Source of the DNA: Bryobacterales bacterium
GTDB taxonomy: Bacteria; Acidobacteriota; Terriglobia; Bryobacterales; Bryobacteraceae
Reading direction: 5' to 3'
Assembly: GCA_025462945.1 (NCBI GenBank)
Contig: JAOAPO010000494.1
Coordinates: forward strand, 1 to 50,771
DNA length: 50,771 bases
Shown here: positions 38,143 through 47,615 of the stretch, in pieces
How the letters are laid out: every line of letters begins with the position of its first letter
Position numbering within the stretch: the first letter of the stretch is position 1
Notes under the pieces: model-generated
Told to the model about the DNA's origin: nothing
The model's database searches: none
What the model saw: only the letters and a program-made list of their open reading frames with translations
Program-made: the position numbers and the translations under genes

Positions 38143-39525
38143 CTAAAACTGAAAATACACGAACGGAATTGCAAGATCTGACGCCGTGAACAGCTCCAGT
38201 GCGAGCAAGGCCAGGACGGCTGCCGTTGTACGCACCCAGACCGGTCCGTTCGCCAGCCTGCCGAGAGCCTGACCGTACTCCTCCGCCAGTGCAACACCCA
38301 GCGCCGCAAGCGCAAGCCAAAGATTCGCCCCGGTGAGCAGGCTGGTCCCGGCAACGCCGGCGAACATCTCACGAAGCACAAACAGCGCCGCAGGCAGACC
38401 CTTGGCCCGGAAGAAAACCCAGCCGACATTCACGATCAGGAACGTGACCACCGTCAACGGGATCCGGGCAAGCCCGCGCTGCGCTCCCCTGCCCCAAACG
38501 ACGCGCTCGACCGCCAGGACGGCCCCGTGAAAGCCCCCCCAGATCACGAAGTTCCAGCTTGCGCCGTGCCACAGACCGCCCAGCAGCATAGTCGCCATCA
38601 GGTTCGCCCAGGTCCGAATACTGCCGCGCCGGTTGCCACCCAGCGAAATGTAAATGTAGTCTCGGAGCCAACTCGACAGCGTGATGTGCCAGCGCCGCCA
38701 GAACTCCGTGACCGACGCCGCGAGATAAGGCCGCCGGAAGTTCTCCGGGAAGTGGTACCCGAACAACAGCGCCACACCGATCGCGATGTCCGTGTAGCCC
38801 GAAAAATCGAAGAAGATCTGCAGCCCAAACGCGATCGTCCCCGACCATGCCTGCAGCAGCCCCGGCATCGCCTGAGGGTTCGCGAAATACGCATCAGCCA
38901 CCATGGCAAACCGGTCGGCGAAGACCATCTTCTTGACGAGGCCTGTCAGGATGAAGTAGACACCCTGATGCCATTCCTGAGCCGTCGGAGCACTCCAGTT
39001 GAAGTAGTCGTGGAAGAACTCCTTCGCCCGCACAATGGGCCCGGCTACCAACTGAGGAAAGAACGCCACGAAGAGCGAGTAGTCCACGTAGCTCTCGATC
39101 ACGGCCTGTTCGCCCCGATAAACGTCGATGACATACGAGATGCTCTGGAACGTGTGGAAGCTGATCCCGAGCGGCAGAATGATATCCATCGGCACCACCG
39201 GCGCCCCAGGATGCGCCACATTCAGCCACGTTTCGCGGAAGAAGTTGGCGTACTTAAACCACCCCAGCAGCCCGATATTCGCCGCCAGACTCAGCATCAG
39301 CGCCATGCGACGCGCCGGTCCTGCACGGCTCACAATCCACTTTGCCGCGAAGAAATCGATGGTGATCAGCAACAGGATGAGCACCACGAACTTCGGGTTC
39401 CAGGCCATATAGAAATAGAGGCTGGCCGCAAGCAGCAGATACCGGCGCGCGGGCTTCGGCAGCGCGTAATGCAGCCCCAGCACAACCGCCAGGAAGATCG
39501 CGAACTGAAGAGTAGTGAACAGCAT
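38143..39525 (-). CDS. MBOAT-family membrane O-acyltransferase (AlgI/DltB-like)
   Basis: 460 aa, polytopic. GISFHTFQSISYVIDVY, FFPQLVAGPIVRA, and the conserved His region RRWHITLSSWLRDYIYISLGGNR. Confidence 0.88.
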   Translation of the reverse strand: MLFTTLQFAIFLAVVLGLHYALPKPARRYLLLAASLYFYMAWNPKFVVLILLLITIDFFAAKWIVSRAGPARRMALMLSLAANIGLLGWFKYANFFRETWLNVAHPGAPVVPMDIILPLGISFHTFQSISYVIDVYRGEQAVIESYVDYSLFVAFFPQLVAGPIVRAKEFFHDYFNWSAPTAQEWHQGVYFILTGLVKKMVFADRFAMVADAYFANPQAMPGLLQAWSGTIAFGLQIFFDFSGYTDIAIGVALLFGYHFPENFRRPYLAASVTEFWRRWHITLSSWLRDYIYISLGGNRRGSIRTWANLMATMLLGGLWHGASWNFVIWGGFHGAVLAVERVVWGRGAQRGLARIPLTVVTFLIVNVGWVFFRAKGLPAALFVLREMFAGVAGTSLLTGANLWLALAALGVALAEEYGQALGRLANGPVWVRTTAAVLALLALELFTASDLAIPFVYFQF

Positions 39526-40742
39526 TACCGCGCGCCAGCCCCCGTAGTCAGGGCTCGCGCCAGCTTTTCAGAAAACAGCGGCCTGCCTGCATGATTCAGA
39601 TGCAGACCATCGGCAAACAAGTCGGGCCGTTCCAGTTCATGAAAGGTCTCGGCGGGCAGCACCACCACGTTGGGACGCCGCCTCAACTCATTCATCACAT
39701 AAGCCGGAACACCCGATTCCATGGGCGGCAGCGGACCGCGGGGCAACTCCAGAAACACCACCCGAGTCTTCGACCCCGCATAAAAATCAGCGATCTTGCC
39801 CAACCACTTCCGACGATAATCCCGCAGTATGCCAAGCTGCGGAACTGGATCGGGCAGCAGCGTCCCGCGAACGGTATCGCGTTGCCAATCCTTCAGGCCC
39901 GGCGGGTAGCTGATCTTGCGAGCGGCGTAATCGACCGTAAGACCTGCGACATCCTCCGGCTTGCCGCTATAGCCATCCAGATAGCCATGGCCTTTGTTCC
40001 GCCAGTCCTTCGCAGCGGAGAACCGGAGCGACGGCTTCTCCAGCAGTGCATGCAGGTCATCACGAAGCGGAATCCCTCGAAGAATGCACCCGGCCAGCAC
40101 CCGACTGCGAAACTCGCTGTGGAACGAAAGCGCGAACTCAGGGCAATCGGAGAGCCGCAAACGCCCCACCACATAATTCAGATCGCCGATCCGGTTCGCC
40201 TGATCCTCACCATCCACATCCGCGTAGTGATCGATCCCAAACACGACCGTCGAAAACCGCTTGCGCTCAGGGTCCGCATCGCGAAGCAGGTAGTACCAGA
40301 CGCGAGGCGTAGACCCGGCCACGCCCATATTGCGGAACTCAACGGTGTCGCCGGTTGCCGCCCGGGCCGCTCGCGCCGAGAAACCCTCGCCGATGCGCGA
40401 ATCGCCGAACACAGCGGTCTCGGTTTTCTCAGGCTCGTGCCGCAGCCAGAAGATCTGTGATTCCAGCTGACCGGCGGACGAATTCGGCTCGAGGTAGCTC
40501 ATGTACCAGCCGGAATGAAACACGAGGCCATCCACCGCGAAGAACAACAGTAAAGTGGCGAGAGACCAGATGACAGCGTCCCTGAGCGTCCACGCACGCG
40601 CTGCAGGGAACTGACGAACACGGCCGCGCTCACCGGCCACGCCGAAACCCTTACGTCGCACGCCAATCAGCGCCTGCAGATCATCGAGCTCCGCGGGCTC
40701 CATCGCCTCCACGGCGCGCCGCAGTTCGGGATCGACCGCCAT
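39525..40742 (-). CDS. Membrane-anchored partner protein of the MBOAT acyltransferase (possible SGNH/AlgJ-like)
   Basis: Its stop TAA shares one base with the MBOAT ATG (TAATG). One TM (VIWSLATLLLFFAV). VFGDSRIGEGF resembles SGNH block I. The function is inferred from context. Confidence 0.4.
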   Translation of the reverse strand: MAVDPELRRAVEAMEPAELDDLQALIGVRRKGFGVAGERGRVRQFPAARAWTLRDAVIWSLATLLLFFAVDGLVFHSGWYMSYLEPNSSAGQLESQIFWLRHEPEKTETAVFGDSRIGEGFSARAARAATGDTVEFRNMGVAGSTPRVWYYLLRDADPERKRFSTVVFGIDHYADVDGEDQANRIGDLNYVVGRLRLSDCPEFALSFHSEFRSRVLAGCILRGIPLRDDLHALLEKPSLRFSAAKDWRNKGHGYLDGYSGKPEDVAGLTVDYAARKISYPPGLKDWQRDTVRGTLLPDPVPQLGILRDYRRKWLGKIADFYAGSKTRVVFLELPRGPLPPMESGVPAYVMNELRRRPNVVVLPAETFHELERPDLFADGLHLNHAGRPLFSEKLARALTTGAGAR

Positions 40743-40750
40743 GCCCCTGG

Positions 40751-42418
40751 TCAGATCTCCAGGATAACCGGCATGATGAGCGGGCGGCGCTGCGTCTCGC
40801 GGTTGATGAAGCGCTTGAGATCGGCGCGGATCTTTTCCTTGATCATGCCGGGATCTGTCTTCTCTTCCGAACTGGATGCTTCCAGCGTCTTCGAGATACA
40901 GTCCCGCGCCGAGGCCATGAAAGCCGGATCGTCTTCCAGCGCGAAGCCTCTGCTCACCAGTGATGGCGGAGCCTCGATCTTGCCCGTGTGCTTATTGATC
41001 GCCAGAATTGCCAGAACGATGCCGTCCTCGGCGATCACGCGGCGATCCTTGATCACCATGTCCCCGACGATTTCACCCACCGCGCCCGAGTCGATGCAAA
41101 TGCGACCCACTGTTACCCGGCCAGCCCGCTTCGCGCCGTTCTTATCGAATTCCAGCACGTCGCCGGTCTCCATAATGAACGTCTCTTCCAGACCGATGCC
41201 GCGAAGGTGCGATGCCAGCCGAACGTGTTTGGCCAACTGCCTGTACTCGCCATGGACGGGCACAAAGTAGCGAGGCCGAACGAGGTTCAGAACCAGCCGC
41301 AACTCTTCCTGCGAGCCGTGTCCCGAGACGTGCAGCGGAGGATTCATGGTCCCGTACATCACGTCCGCGCCGCGCTTCGAGAGGTGATCGATCATCCGGA
41401 AAATGGTCTTCTCGTTGCCCGGAATAATCCGCGAACTGAGCACAACGGTATCGCCGCGCCCGATCGTCACATGCTTGTGGCTGTTCACCGCCGCACGAGA
41501 CAGCGCTGACATGGGCTCGCCCTGTGTACCCGAGATCAAAATCGCGACCTTCGACGCTTTCGCCTCGTTCAAATCCTGGGGCCGAATCAGCACGCCATCC
41601 GGAATATTCAGCAGACCATGCCGGTGCGCGATCTCCGTCACCTGGATCATGCTGCGTCCCACGATCGCCACCTTCCGATTGAAGTCGCGCGACAGATCCA
41701 GAATCTGCTGCAGCCGGTGGATCGACGAACTAAAGCAGCTGACGACCAGCCGCCCTTCCGCCCGATTGAAGACGTCCTCAAGCCGGGGCCGGATGGCGCG
41801 TTCGGATTCCGAATACCCTGGGCGGTCCGCGTTCGTGGAATCCGACAGCAGCAGCAGCACGCCGCGCTTGCCGTAATCGGCCAGCGTATGCAGATCGAAC
41901 AGCTCGTTGTCGGTCGGCGTCGGGTCGACCTTGAAGTCGCCGGTGTGAATGATCACGCCGAGCGGGGTCGTGATGGCCAGTGCCACACAACTCACGATCG
42001 AGTGGGTGACGTGGATGAACTCCACGGAAAACGGACCGATGGTGACGACATCTTTGGGCTTGACCGGCTTTAGCTGGTTGCTCGTCGTGTCGTATTCATC
42101 GAGGCGACGCTCGACAAGAGACAGCGTGAACGGCGTGCCGTACACCGGAACGTCGAACTCTTCGAGGAAAAACGCTACCGCACCGATATGGTCTTCATGA
42201 CCATGTGTCAGCAGCAGCGCGCGAACCTGGTGTCGGTTCTCTTTCAGGAAGGTCAGGTCCGGGACGACAATGTCCACGCCGAGCAGGTCGTCTTCCGGGA
42301 ACATCATCCCGGAATCGATCACAATGATGTCTTCGCCGTAGCGAATCGCCATTGTGTGCATTCCGAACTCGCCGAGCCCGCCGAGCGGAATGACTTGTAG
42401 TTTCTTATCTGGCAGCAA
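40751..42418 (-). CDS. rnj: Ribonuclease J (metallo-beta-lactamase / beta-CASP RNase)
   Basis: VIPLGGLGEFGMHTMAIRYGEDIIVIDSG, LLTHGHEDHIGAV, SDSTNA, HVSGHGSQEEL, FVPVHGEYR. 555 aa. Confidence 0.9.
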   Translation of the reverse strand: MLPDKKLQVIPLGGLGEFGMHTMAIRYGEDIIVIDSGMMFPEDDLLGVDIVVPDLTFLKENRHQVRALLLTHGHEDHIGAVAFFLEEFDVPVYGTPFTLSLVERRLDEYDTTSNQLKPVKPKDVVTIGPFSVEFIHVTHSIVSCVALAITTPLGVIIHTGDFKVDPTPTDNELFDLHTLADYGKRGVLLLLSDSTNADRPGYSESERAIRPRLEDVFNRAEGRLVVSCFSSSIHRLQQILDLSRDFNRKVAIVGRSMIQVTEIAHRHGLLNIPDGVLIRPQDLNEAKASKVAILISGTQGEPMSALSRAAVNSHKHVTIGRGDTVVLSSRIIPGNEKTIFRMIDHLSKRGADVMYGTMNPPLHVSGHGSQEELRLVLNLVRPRYFVPVHGEYRQLAKHVRLASHLRGIGLEETFIMETGDVLEFDKNGAKRAGRVTVGRICIDSGAVGEIVGDMVIKDRRVIAEDGIVLAILAINKHTGKIEAPPSLVSRGFALEDDPAFMASARDCISKTLEASSSEEKTDPGMIKEKIRADLKRFINRETQRRPLIMPVILEI

Positions 42419-42473
42419 ATTGAATTTTAGCTTGTCGCGTCGCGTCGTGTGTTCGGTGCATCAATAAAAAGGT

Positions 42474-43034
42474 ATGCAAGAGGCACAACCGCTGAACGAC
42501 CTGCTGACCCGCCGCTGGAGTCCCCGTGAGTACGACCCAAAGCCGATCGAACCAGCCATTCTGCACAGTTTGTTCGACGCCGCTCACTCCGCGTTCTCGT
42601 GCTTCAATGAGCAGCCGTGGCACTTCATCGTGGCGACGAAAGAGCAGCCCGAGCACTACGCACGCATCCTCGATGCTTTGGTGCCGCAGAATCAGGCGTG
42701 GGCGAAAGACGCCTGGCTCCTCGGCTTCAGCACCGGCAAGAAGGCGTTCGCGCACAACGGCAACCCCAACCGCTACAACCTGCACGACGCCGGTGCGGCC
42801 CTGTTCGCCATGGCAATCCAGGCCACCGAGCACAATCTCTACCTCCACGGTATGGGCGGCTACGACCCGAACAAAGCCCGCGCCCTCGGTGTTCCCGACG
42901 AATACGAAGTCGGCGCGGCGTTCGCCGTGGGCCATCTCAAAGCCGGCGCGGTAATGCCGCCCCGTAAGCGCAATCCTCTGGCCGCCCAATTCCTGCAGCC
43001 GGGCTGGACTACCTCGCCGCTGGTGAGTCAGTGA
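42474..43034 (+). CDS. Nitroreductase-family protein
   Basis: LLTRRWSPREYDPKPIE, CFNEQPWHFIVA. 186 aa. Confidence 0.75.
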   Translation: MQEAQPLNDLLTRRWSPREYDPKPIEPAILHSLFDAAHSAFSCFNEQPWHFIVATKEQPEHYARILDALVPQNQAWAKDAWLLGFSTGKKAFAHNGNPNRYNLHDAGAALFAMAIQATEHNLYLHGMGGYDPNKARALGVPDEYEVGAAFAVGHLKAGAVMPPRKRNPLAAQFLQPGWTTSPLVSQ

Positions 43035-43050
43035 CTGGCGGGTCAGTAGA

Positions 43051-43317
43051 ATGATCGCTCGACGTTGGATTATTTCCGGTCGCGTTCAGGGGGTTGGCTT
43101 CCGCTGGTTCGTGGTGAAATGCGCTAATGACCTCGGCCTGAAAGGCTGGGTCCGGAACGAAGCCAACGGCGATGTCCAGGCCTACGCCATCGGGAGCGAG
43201 GCAGATTTGGACCGTCTTGCCGGCCACCTCCACAAAGGATCACCGCATTCGGAAGTTCGCACCGTCGACCAGCAGGAGGGCGCCGTGGAACGCGTTCACT
43301 CGTTCGAAATTCGCTGA
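43051..43317 (+). CDS. acyP: Acylphosphatase
   Basis: 88 aa. ISGRVQGVGFRWF and GWVRNEANGDV signatures. Confidence 0.85.
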   Translation: MIARRWIISGRVQGVGFRWFVVKCANDLGLKGWVRNEANGDVQAYAIGSEADLDRLAGHLHKGSPHSEVRTVDQQEGAVERVHSFEIR

Positions 43318-43349
43318 CGGGCCGATAGCGGTACCCTATTGAAACAAAC

Positions 43350-45032
43350 ATGAAAAAGACCGCTGTCGCTTTTTCCCTGCTGCTCACCGCCGCGTGTACG
43401 CAGAAGCCTGCCTCGCTTGAGCCCGCGTTCACCGCCATTCGTGCGGATAACCTGCTCAACTCGATTAAGACCCTCTCCTCTGACGAGTTCGAAGGCCGCA
43501 AACCGGGCAGCGTCGGCGAAGACAAAACCGTAGCCTTTCTCGAAGAGAACTTCAAAACCATCGGCCTGAAGCCCGGCAATCCCGACGGCACTTTCGTTCA
43601 GAAGGTACCGCTCGCAGGCACCGCGTCGAAGCAGCACGGCGAGTTCACTGTCAACGGCAAAAAGCTTCCCGCTGAGGTTGGTAAGGACTTCGTCGCCGTC
43701 TCCACGCGCTTCGTGGAACAGACCGACGTGAAAGATTCCGACGTCGTCTTCGTGGGCTACGGCGTCGTCGCCCCCGAATACGGCTGGGACGACTATAAGA
43801 ATGTCGACGTGAAGGGCAAGACCATCGTCATGCTCGTTAACGACCCGCAGATACCCGACCCGGCGGATCCCGCCAAACTCGACGCCAACATGTTCAGGGG
43901 CAAGGCCATGACCTACTATGGCCGCTGGACCTACAAGTACGAAATCGCGTCCGAAAAAGGGGCCGCAGCCGCCATCATCGTTCACGAAACACCACTCGCA
44001 GGCTACGGCTTCGAAGTCGTCGTGTCGGGTAAGGCAGGCGAGATGTTCAACATCCAGCGCCCCAACAATAACCTTGCCCGCGTGCCGGTCGAAGGCTGGA
44101 TGACCTACGACAAGACCGCTGAGCTCTTCAAATCGGCTGGCCTCGATCTGGCCTCGATGAAGAAAGACGCGCTGAAGAAGGAGTTCAAGCCTGTTTCCCT
44201 GAAGGGCGCGAAGGCCAGCTTTCACATCACCAACACACTTCGCAAGATCGAGTCCCGAAATATGGTGGCGAAGCTGGAAGGCAGCGACTCTAAACTCAAA
44301 GACGAATACGTCGTTTACACCGCTCACTGGGACCACTTCGGGCGCAACACAGAGTTGCAGGGCGATCAGATTATGCACGGTGCTGTCGACAACGCTTCGG
44401 GCACCGCCGGTCTTCTTGAAATGGCGCGCGGCTTCAGCAGACTGACTCCGGCTCCGAAGCGCTCGATTCTGTTCCTCGCGGTGACCGGCGAAGAGCAAGG
44501 CCTGCTCGGCGCCGAATACTATGCGGCCAACCCCCTCTACCCGCTCAGTAAAACCGTGGCCAACATCAATATGGATGGCCTGAACGTGTGGGGCAAAACG
44601 AAAGATATGATCATCGTCGGGCTCGGCAACTCAGACCTGGACGACACCGTGACCGATGTCCTCAAAGCCCGCCAGCGCACTCCAGTGGGCGATGCGGAGC
44701 CTGAAAAAGGCTTCTATTATCGCTCCGACCACTTCCAGTTCGCCAAGGTCGGAGTGCCCGCGCTCGACCCCGAAGCGGGCATTGAGTACATCGGCCAGCC
44801 CGCAGGCTGGGGCCGCCAGAAGCGCGATGAATATACCGAAAAGCTCTATCACAAGCCGACCGACAAGGTAGATCCGGCCTGGAATCTGTCCGGTGCCGTG
44901 GATGACCTGCAGGTTCTCCTCGAGACCGGCTACCGTGTCGCGCAGACTGACAAGTTGCCCGAGTGGAAGCCCGGCAACGAGTTCAAAGGCCGCCGCGACC
45001 AGATGCTGTCCAGCGCTGGCGCGGTAAAGTAG
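43350..45032 (+). CDS. M28-family Zn aminopeptidase lipoprotein with PA domain
   Basis: Lipobox LLLTAACT. PA-domain insert. HWDHFG, GAVDNASGTAGLLEMAR, FLAVTGEEQGLLGAEYY, YHKPTD. Confidence 0.82.
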   Translation: MKKTAVAFSLLLTAACTQKPASLEPAFTAIRADNLLNSIKTLSSDEFEGRKPGSVGEDKTVAFLEENFKTIGLKPGNPDGTFVQKVPLAGTASKQHGEFTVNGKKLPAEVGKDFVAVSTRFVEQTDVKDSDVVFVGYGVVAPEYGWDDYKNVDVKGKTIVMLVNDPQIPDPADPAKLDANMFRGKAMTYYGRWTYKYEIASEKGAAAAIIVHETPLAGYGFEVVVSGKAGEMFNIQRPNNNLARVPVEGWMTYDKTAELFKSAGLDLASMKKDALKKEFKPVSLKGAKASFHITNTLRKIESRNMVAKLEGSDSKLKDEYVVYTAHWDHFGRNTELQGDQIMHGAVDNASGTAGLLEMARGFSRLTPAPKRSILFLAVTGEEQGLLGAEYYAANPLYPLSKTVANINMDGLNVWGKTKDMIIVGLGNSDLDDTVTDVLKARQRTPVGDAEPEKGFYYRSDHFQFAKVGVPALDPEAGIEYIGQPAGWGRQKRDEYTEKLYHKPTDKVDPAWNLSGAVDDLQVLLETGYRVAQTDKLPEWKPGNEFKGRRDQMLSSAGAVK

Positions 45033-45037
45033 AGCAA

Positions 45038-45913
45038 ATGGGAATCCATCGCTACGTTCTGCACAACGGCAGCATCGAGAGTTCTGCGAACCCCGTTTTC
45101 CGGTCTGGTCAGATCGGGATCCTCGCCGGCTGGGGTGTTTTTTCAACGCTGCGCGTTCGCCATGGTTCGCTCTTCGCCTGGGAACGCCACTGGGCCCGCA
45201 TGAATCGCGACGCGCGTCTGCTGAACCTCACCCTGCCGCCGAATGCGGACGCCCTTCAGACTGACCTGCTCCGCCTTGTGGAGGCCAACGATCAGTCCGA
45301 CTGCACACTGCGCGTCGCCATCATTCGCAACAGCGGAGGCATGTGGGAAGACCCGATCTCCTCACAGGTTCCGGTCGACATCGCGGCCATGACGGCCACT
45401 TCCAAACAGTGGGGCGAGAGCGTCAAACTCGGTATCCAGCCCAACGCGCGCCACGCCGCCTGCGAATTCGTTGGCGCGAAGGTTCTTTCGTGGGCCCAGA
45501 ACCTGACCTGGGCCGAACGCGCCGTCCAGGCCGGTAATGATGAGGTAGTCCTTCTAAACGAACACGGCCGCGTTGCCGAGTGCACCTCGGCCAACATTTT
45601 CGCCGTATTCGGACGCGACGTTTTTACTCCTCCTCTCTCCGAAGGCTGCCTCTCGGGCATCACGCGCGAAATCCTGCTCGAACTCTCCGGACCCGATGCC
45701 CGCGTAGCCGAGAAGCCGCTCAGCGTGGACGACCTGTACGCCGCAGACGCCGTCTACATCACGTCCACGACACGCAATCTGCTGCCGGTCCGCGAAATCG
45801 CCGGTCGCGCTCTCTCCAGATACTCCGAAGTCATTCAAGCGCTTTCCGCATCCTTCGATCGCTTCGTGGAACGAGACCTTGAGACGCGGCCGCGCGCGGC
45901 AGTGCACGCCTGA
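45038..45913 (+). CDS. Class IV (fold type IV) aminotransferase - branched-chain aminotransferase / aminodeoxychorismate lyase family
   Basis: Start at ATG 45038, after the upstream stop. GWGVFSTLRV, ..ECTSANIFAV.., LSGITRE.., ITSTTRNLLPV. Confidence 0.75.
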   Translation: MGIHRYVLHNGSIESSANPVFRSGQIGILAGWGVFSTLRVRHGSLFAWERHWARMNRDARLLNLTLPPNADALQTDLLRLVEANDQSDCTLRVAIIRNSGGMWEDPISSQVPVDIAAMTATSKQWGESVKLGIQPNARHAACEFVGAKVLSWAQNLTWAERAVQAGNDEVVLLNEHGRVAECTSANIFAVFGRDVFTPPLSEGCLSGITREILLELSGPDARVAEKPLSVDDLYAADAVYITSTTRNLLPVREIAGRALSRYSEVIQALSASFDRFVERDLETRPRAAVHA

Positions 45914-45916
45914 GCC

Positions 45917-46402
45917 ATGCCGGTACAATGCCCGAAGTGCGGCAGTCGCTATCTGCGCGAGTCCAGGCTCAAAGACACCACCATCAGAGCTCGAAAGCTG
46001 CACTTCGAAGCGGTGCTCCGCTGCGAAGACTGTAAGCTCCGCTTTGTAGGGAGCACCCTGGTACTGGAGGACTTCCTCTTCGCCCACTGCCCCACCTGTC
46101 GTCGCATGGACCTCAATTGCTGGTCCGGCAAAACCCACATTCCATCCGCCTGGGCATCCGTAAAACTGGCGCTCGGGGCCAAACGCTGGCGCTGCGAATA
46201 CTGTAGAATCAACTTCGCCAGCTTTCGCCCGCGCAGCGAGGTCTTCACCTTCAGCCGCTGGCAAAAGCTGAAGGTCGGCGATGCCGTGGCGGAAGGACGC
46301 GCTCGCCTGGCTGAGATCGAAACGAAATCGCTAATGGCGCGGGAAGCGCAGAAGTCGCGGGCCCGAACTGCGGAAGCACCAGAGAACGACGAGGACGAGT
46401 GA
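45917..46402 (+). CDS. Hypothetical double zinc-ribbon protein with acidic/charged tail
   Basis: 161 aa. Four CxxC pairs (CPKC, CEDC, CPTC, CEYC). I recognise no family. Confidence 0.5.
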   Translation: MPVQCPKCGSRYLRESRLKDTTIRARKLHFEAVLRCEDCKLRFVGSTLVLEDFLFAHCPTCRRMDLNCWSGKTHIPSAWASVKLALGAKRWRCEYCRINFASFRPRSEVFTFSRWQKLKVGDAVAEGRARLAEIETKSLMAREAQKSRARTAEAPENDEDE

Positions 46403-46436
46403 GCAGGTCAAACAACTTGGGTCAAGGAGACTGTAG

Positions 46437-47615
46437 ATGGCACCACTGACGAACCGGCGCGAGGCCCTTCGCGCTGCCATGAAGGCCGTGGCTTTGACGG
46501 CGGCAATCCCCTCATGGGCGGTACCTGCCCCCGCTCAGGGCGAGACCGACGTCGAATTCCTCGACTACCCGAAGACGTTCGGTGCGGCGAATCCGAACTC
46601 CACCACCAAAGTCTTCGACATCCGCAAGATCGATGGCCTCATCACGCCCGCCGACCAGTTCTTCGCGATCACCCACCTCAACCAGCCAGAGATCGATGCC
46701 GCAAAATATCGCCTCAAGTTCACCGGTTGGGTCCGCAAGCCCGCAGACCTCACGCTTGACGACCTGAAGAAGATGAAGCCCGTGGACCTCGTCGCCGGTT
46801 ATGAATGCTCGGGCAACAGCTCACGAGGTATGCAGGGACTGTCCTCCTGCGGGAAATTCACCGGTGTCCCCCTCAACGCCGTCCTGAAGCACGTCGGTGT
46901 GATGCCACGTGCCCACGAAGTGGTTTTCTTCGGAACCGATAAAGGCGCGCAGGACGTTGTGTTCCGCCAACAGACCTTCAAGCTCGATCAGCAGTACGGC
47001 CGCAGCATGACGCTCGAGAACGCAATGAGCCCGGAGCCCATCCTCGCCTACGCATTGAACGGCGAACCGCTCACCCGCCGTGCCGGCTTCCCCGTCCGAC
47101 TGATCATGCCGGGATGGTACGGCGTTACCAACGTCAAATGGCTGTCAGAGATTCACCTTCAGCAAGATCGCTACCTCGGCAACTATCAGGCGCGTTGGTA
47201 CCGTTCGGTCAGGGGCGTCGGCGGCACCGGTGAAGACACCGATCCGGACACTCAGTGGGTCGAAACCGAGATTACCCGGCTGCAGCTCAAGTCGGTCGTC
47301 GCACGCATCCGTAAATCGGGCGGTTCACATCAGGTAATCGGCTTCGTTCTCAACGACGGTACGCCGCTGAAGGCGGTCGAGGTGAAGGTCGACGACGGCC
47401 CCTGGCACAAGGCGACCCTCGACCCGAAGAACACCAGGTACTCCTGGAAGCTCTTCACCTGGAAGTGGGATGGAGCCACACCCGGCGAACACACCGTCGT
47501 CTCTCGCGTTACCGATGTCGAGGGTACCGTACAGCCCGAAGTCGCCGAACTGAAGCGGAAAAAAACGTTCCTTCAGGACAACGCACAGCACCCTCGCAAG
47601 GTAAAGATTACTTAG
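46437..47615 (+). CDS. Tat-exported molybdopterin oxidoreductase of the sulfite-oxidase family (catalytic + dimerisation/Ig-like domain)
   Basis: NRREALRAAMKAVALTAA Tat-like signal. The GYECSGNSSRG motif contains the Mo-ligand Cys. FPVRLIMPGWYGVTNVKWL. Confidence 0.8.
   Translation: MAPLTNRREALRAAMKAVALTAAIPSWAVPAPAQGETDVEFLDYPKTFGAANPNSTTKVFDIRKIDGLITPADQFFAITHLNQPEIDAAKYRLKFTGWVRKPADLTLDDLKKMKPVDLVAGYECSGNSSRGMQGLSSCGKFTGVPLNAVLKHVGVMPRAHEVVFFGTDKGAQDVVFRQQTFKLDQQYGRSMTLENAMSPEPILAYALNGEPLTRRAGFPVRLIMPGWYGVTNVKWLSEIHLQQDRYLGNYQARWYRSVRGVGGTGEDTDPDTQWVETEITRLQLKSVVARIRKSGGSHQVIGFVLNDGTPLKAVEVKVDDGPWHKATLDPKNTRYSWKLFTWKWDGATPGEHTVVSRVTDVEGTVQPEVAELKRKKTFLQDNAQHPRKVKIT

Noticed and set aside
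38527-40460. 355-aa and 289-aa plus-strand ORFs
   Set aside because: They are antisense to the MBOAT gene and its partner. These are shadow ORFs.
43296-44498. 400-aa minus-strand ORF
   Set aside because: It is antisense to the M28 peptidase, which has clear Zn-ligand motifs.
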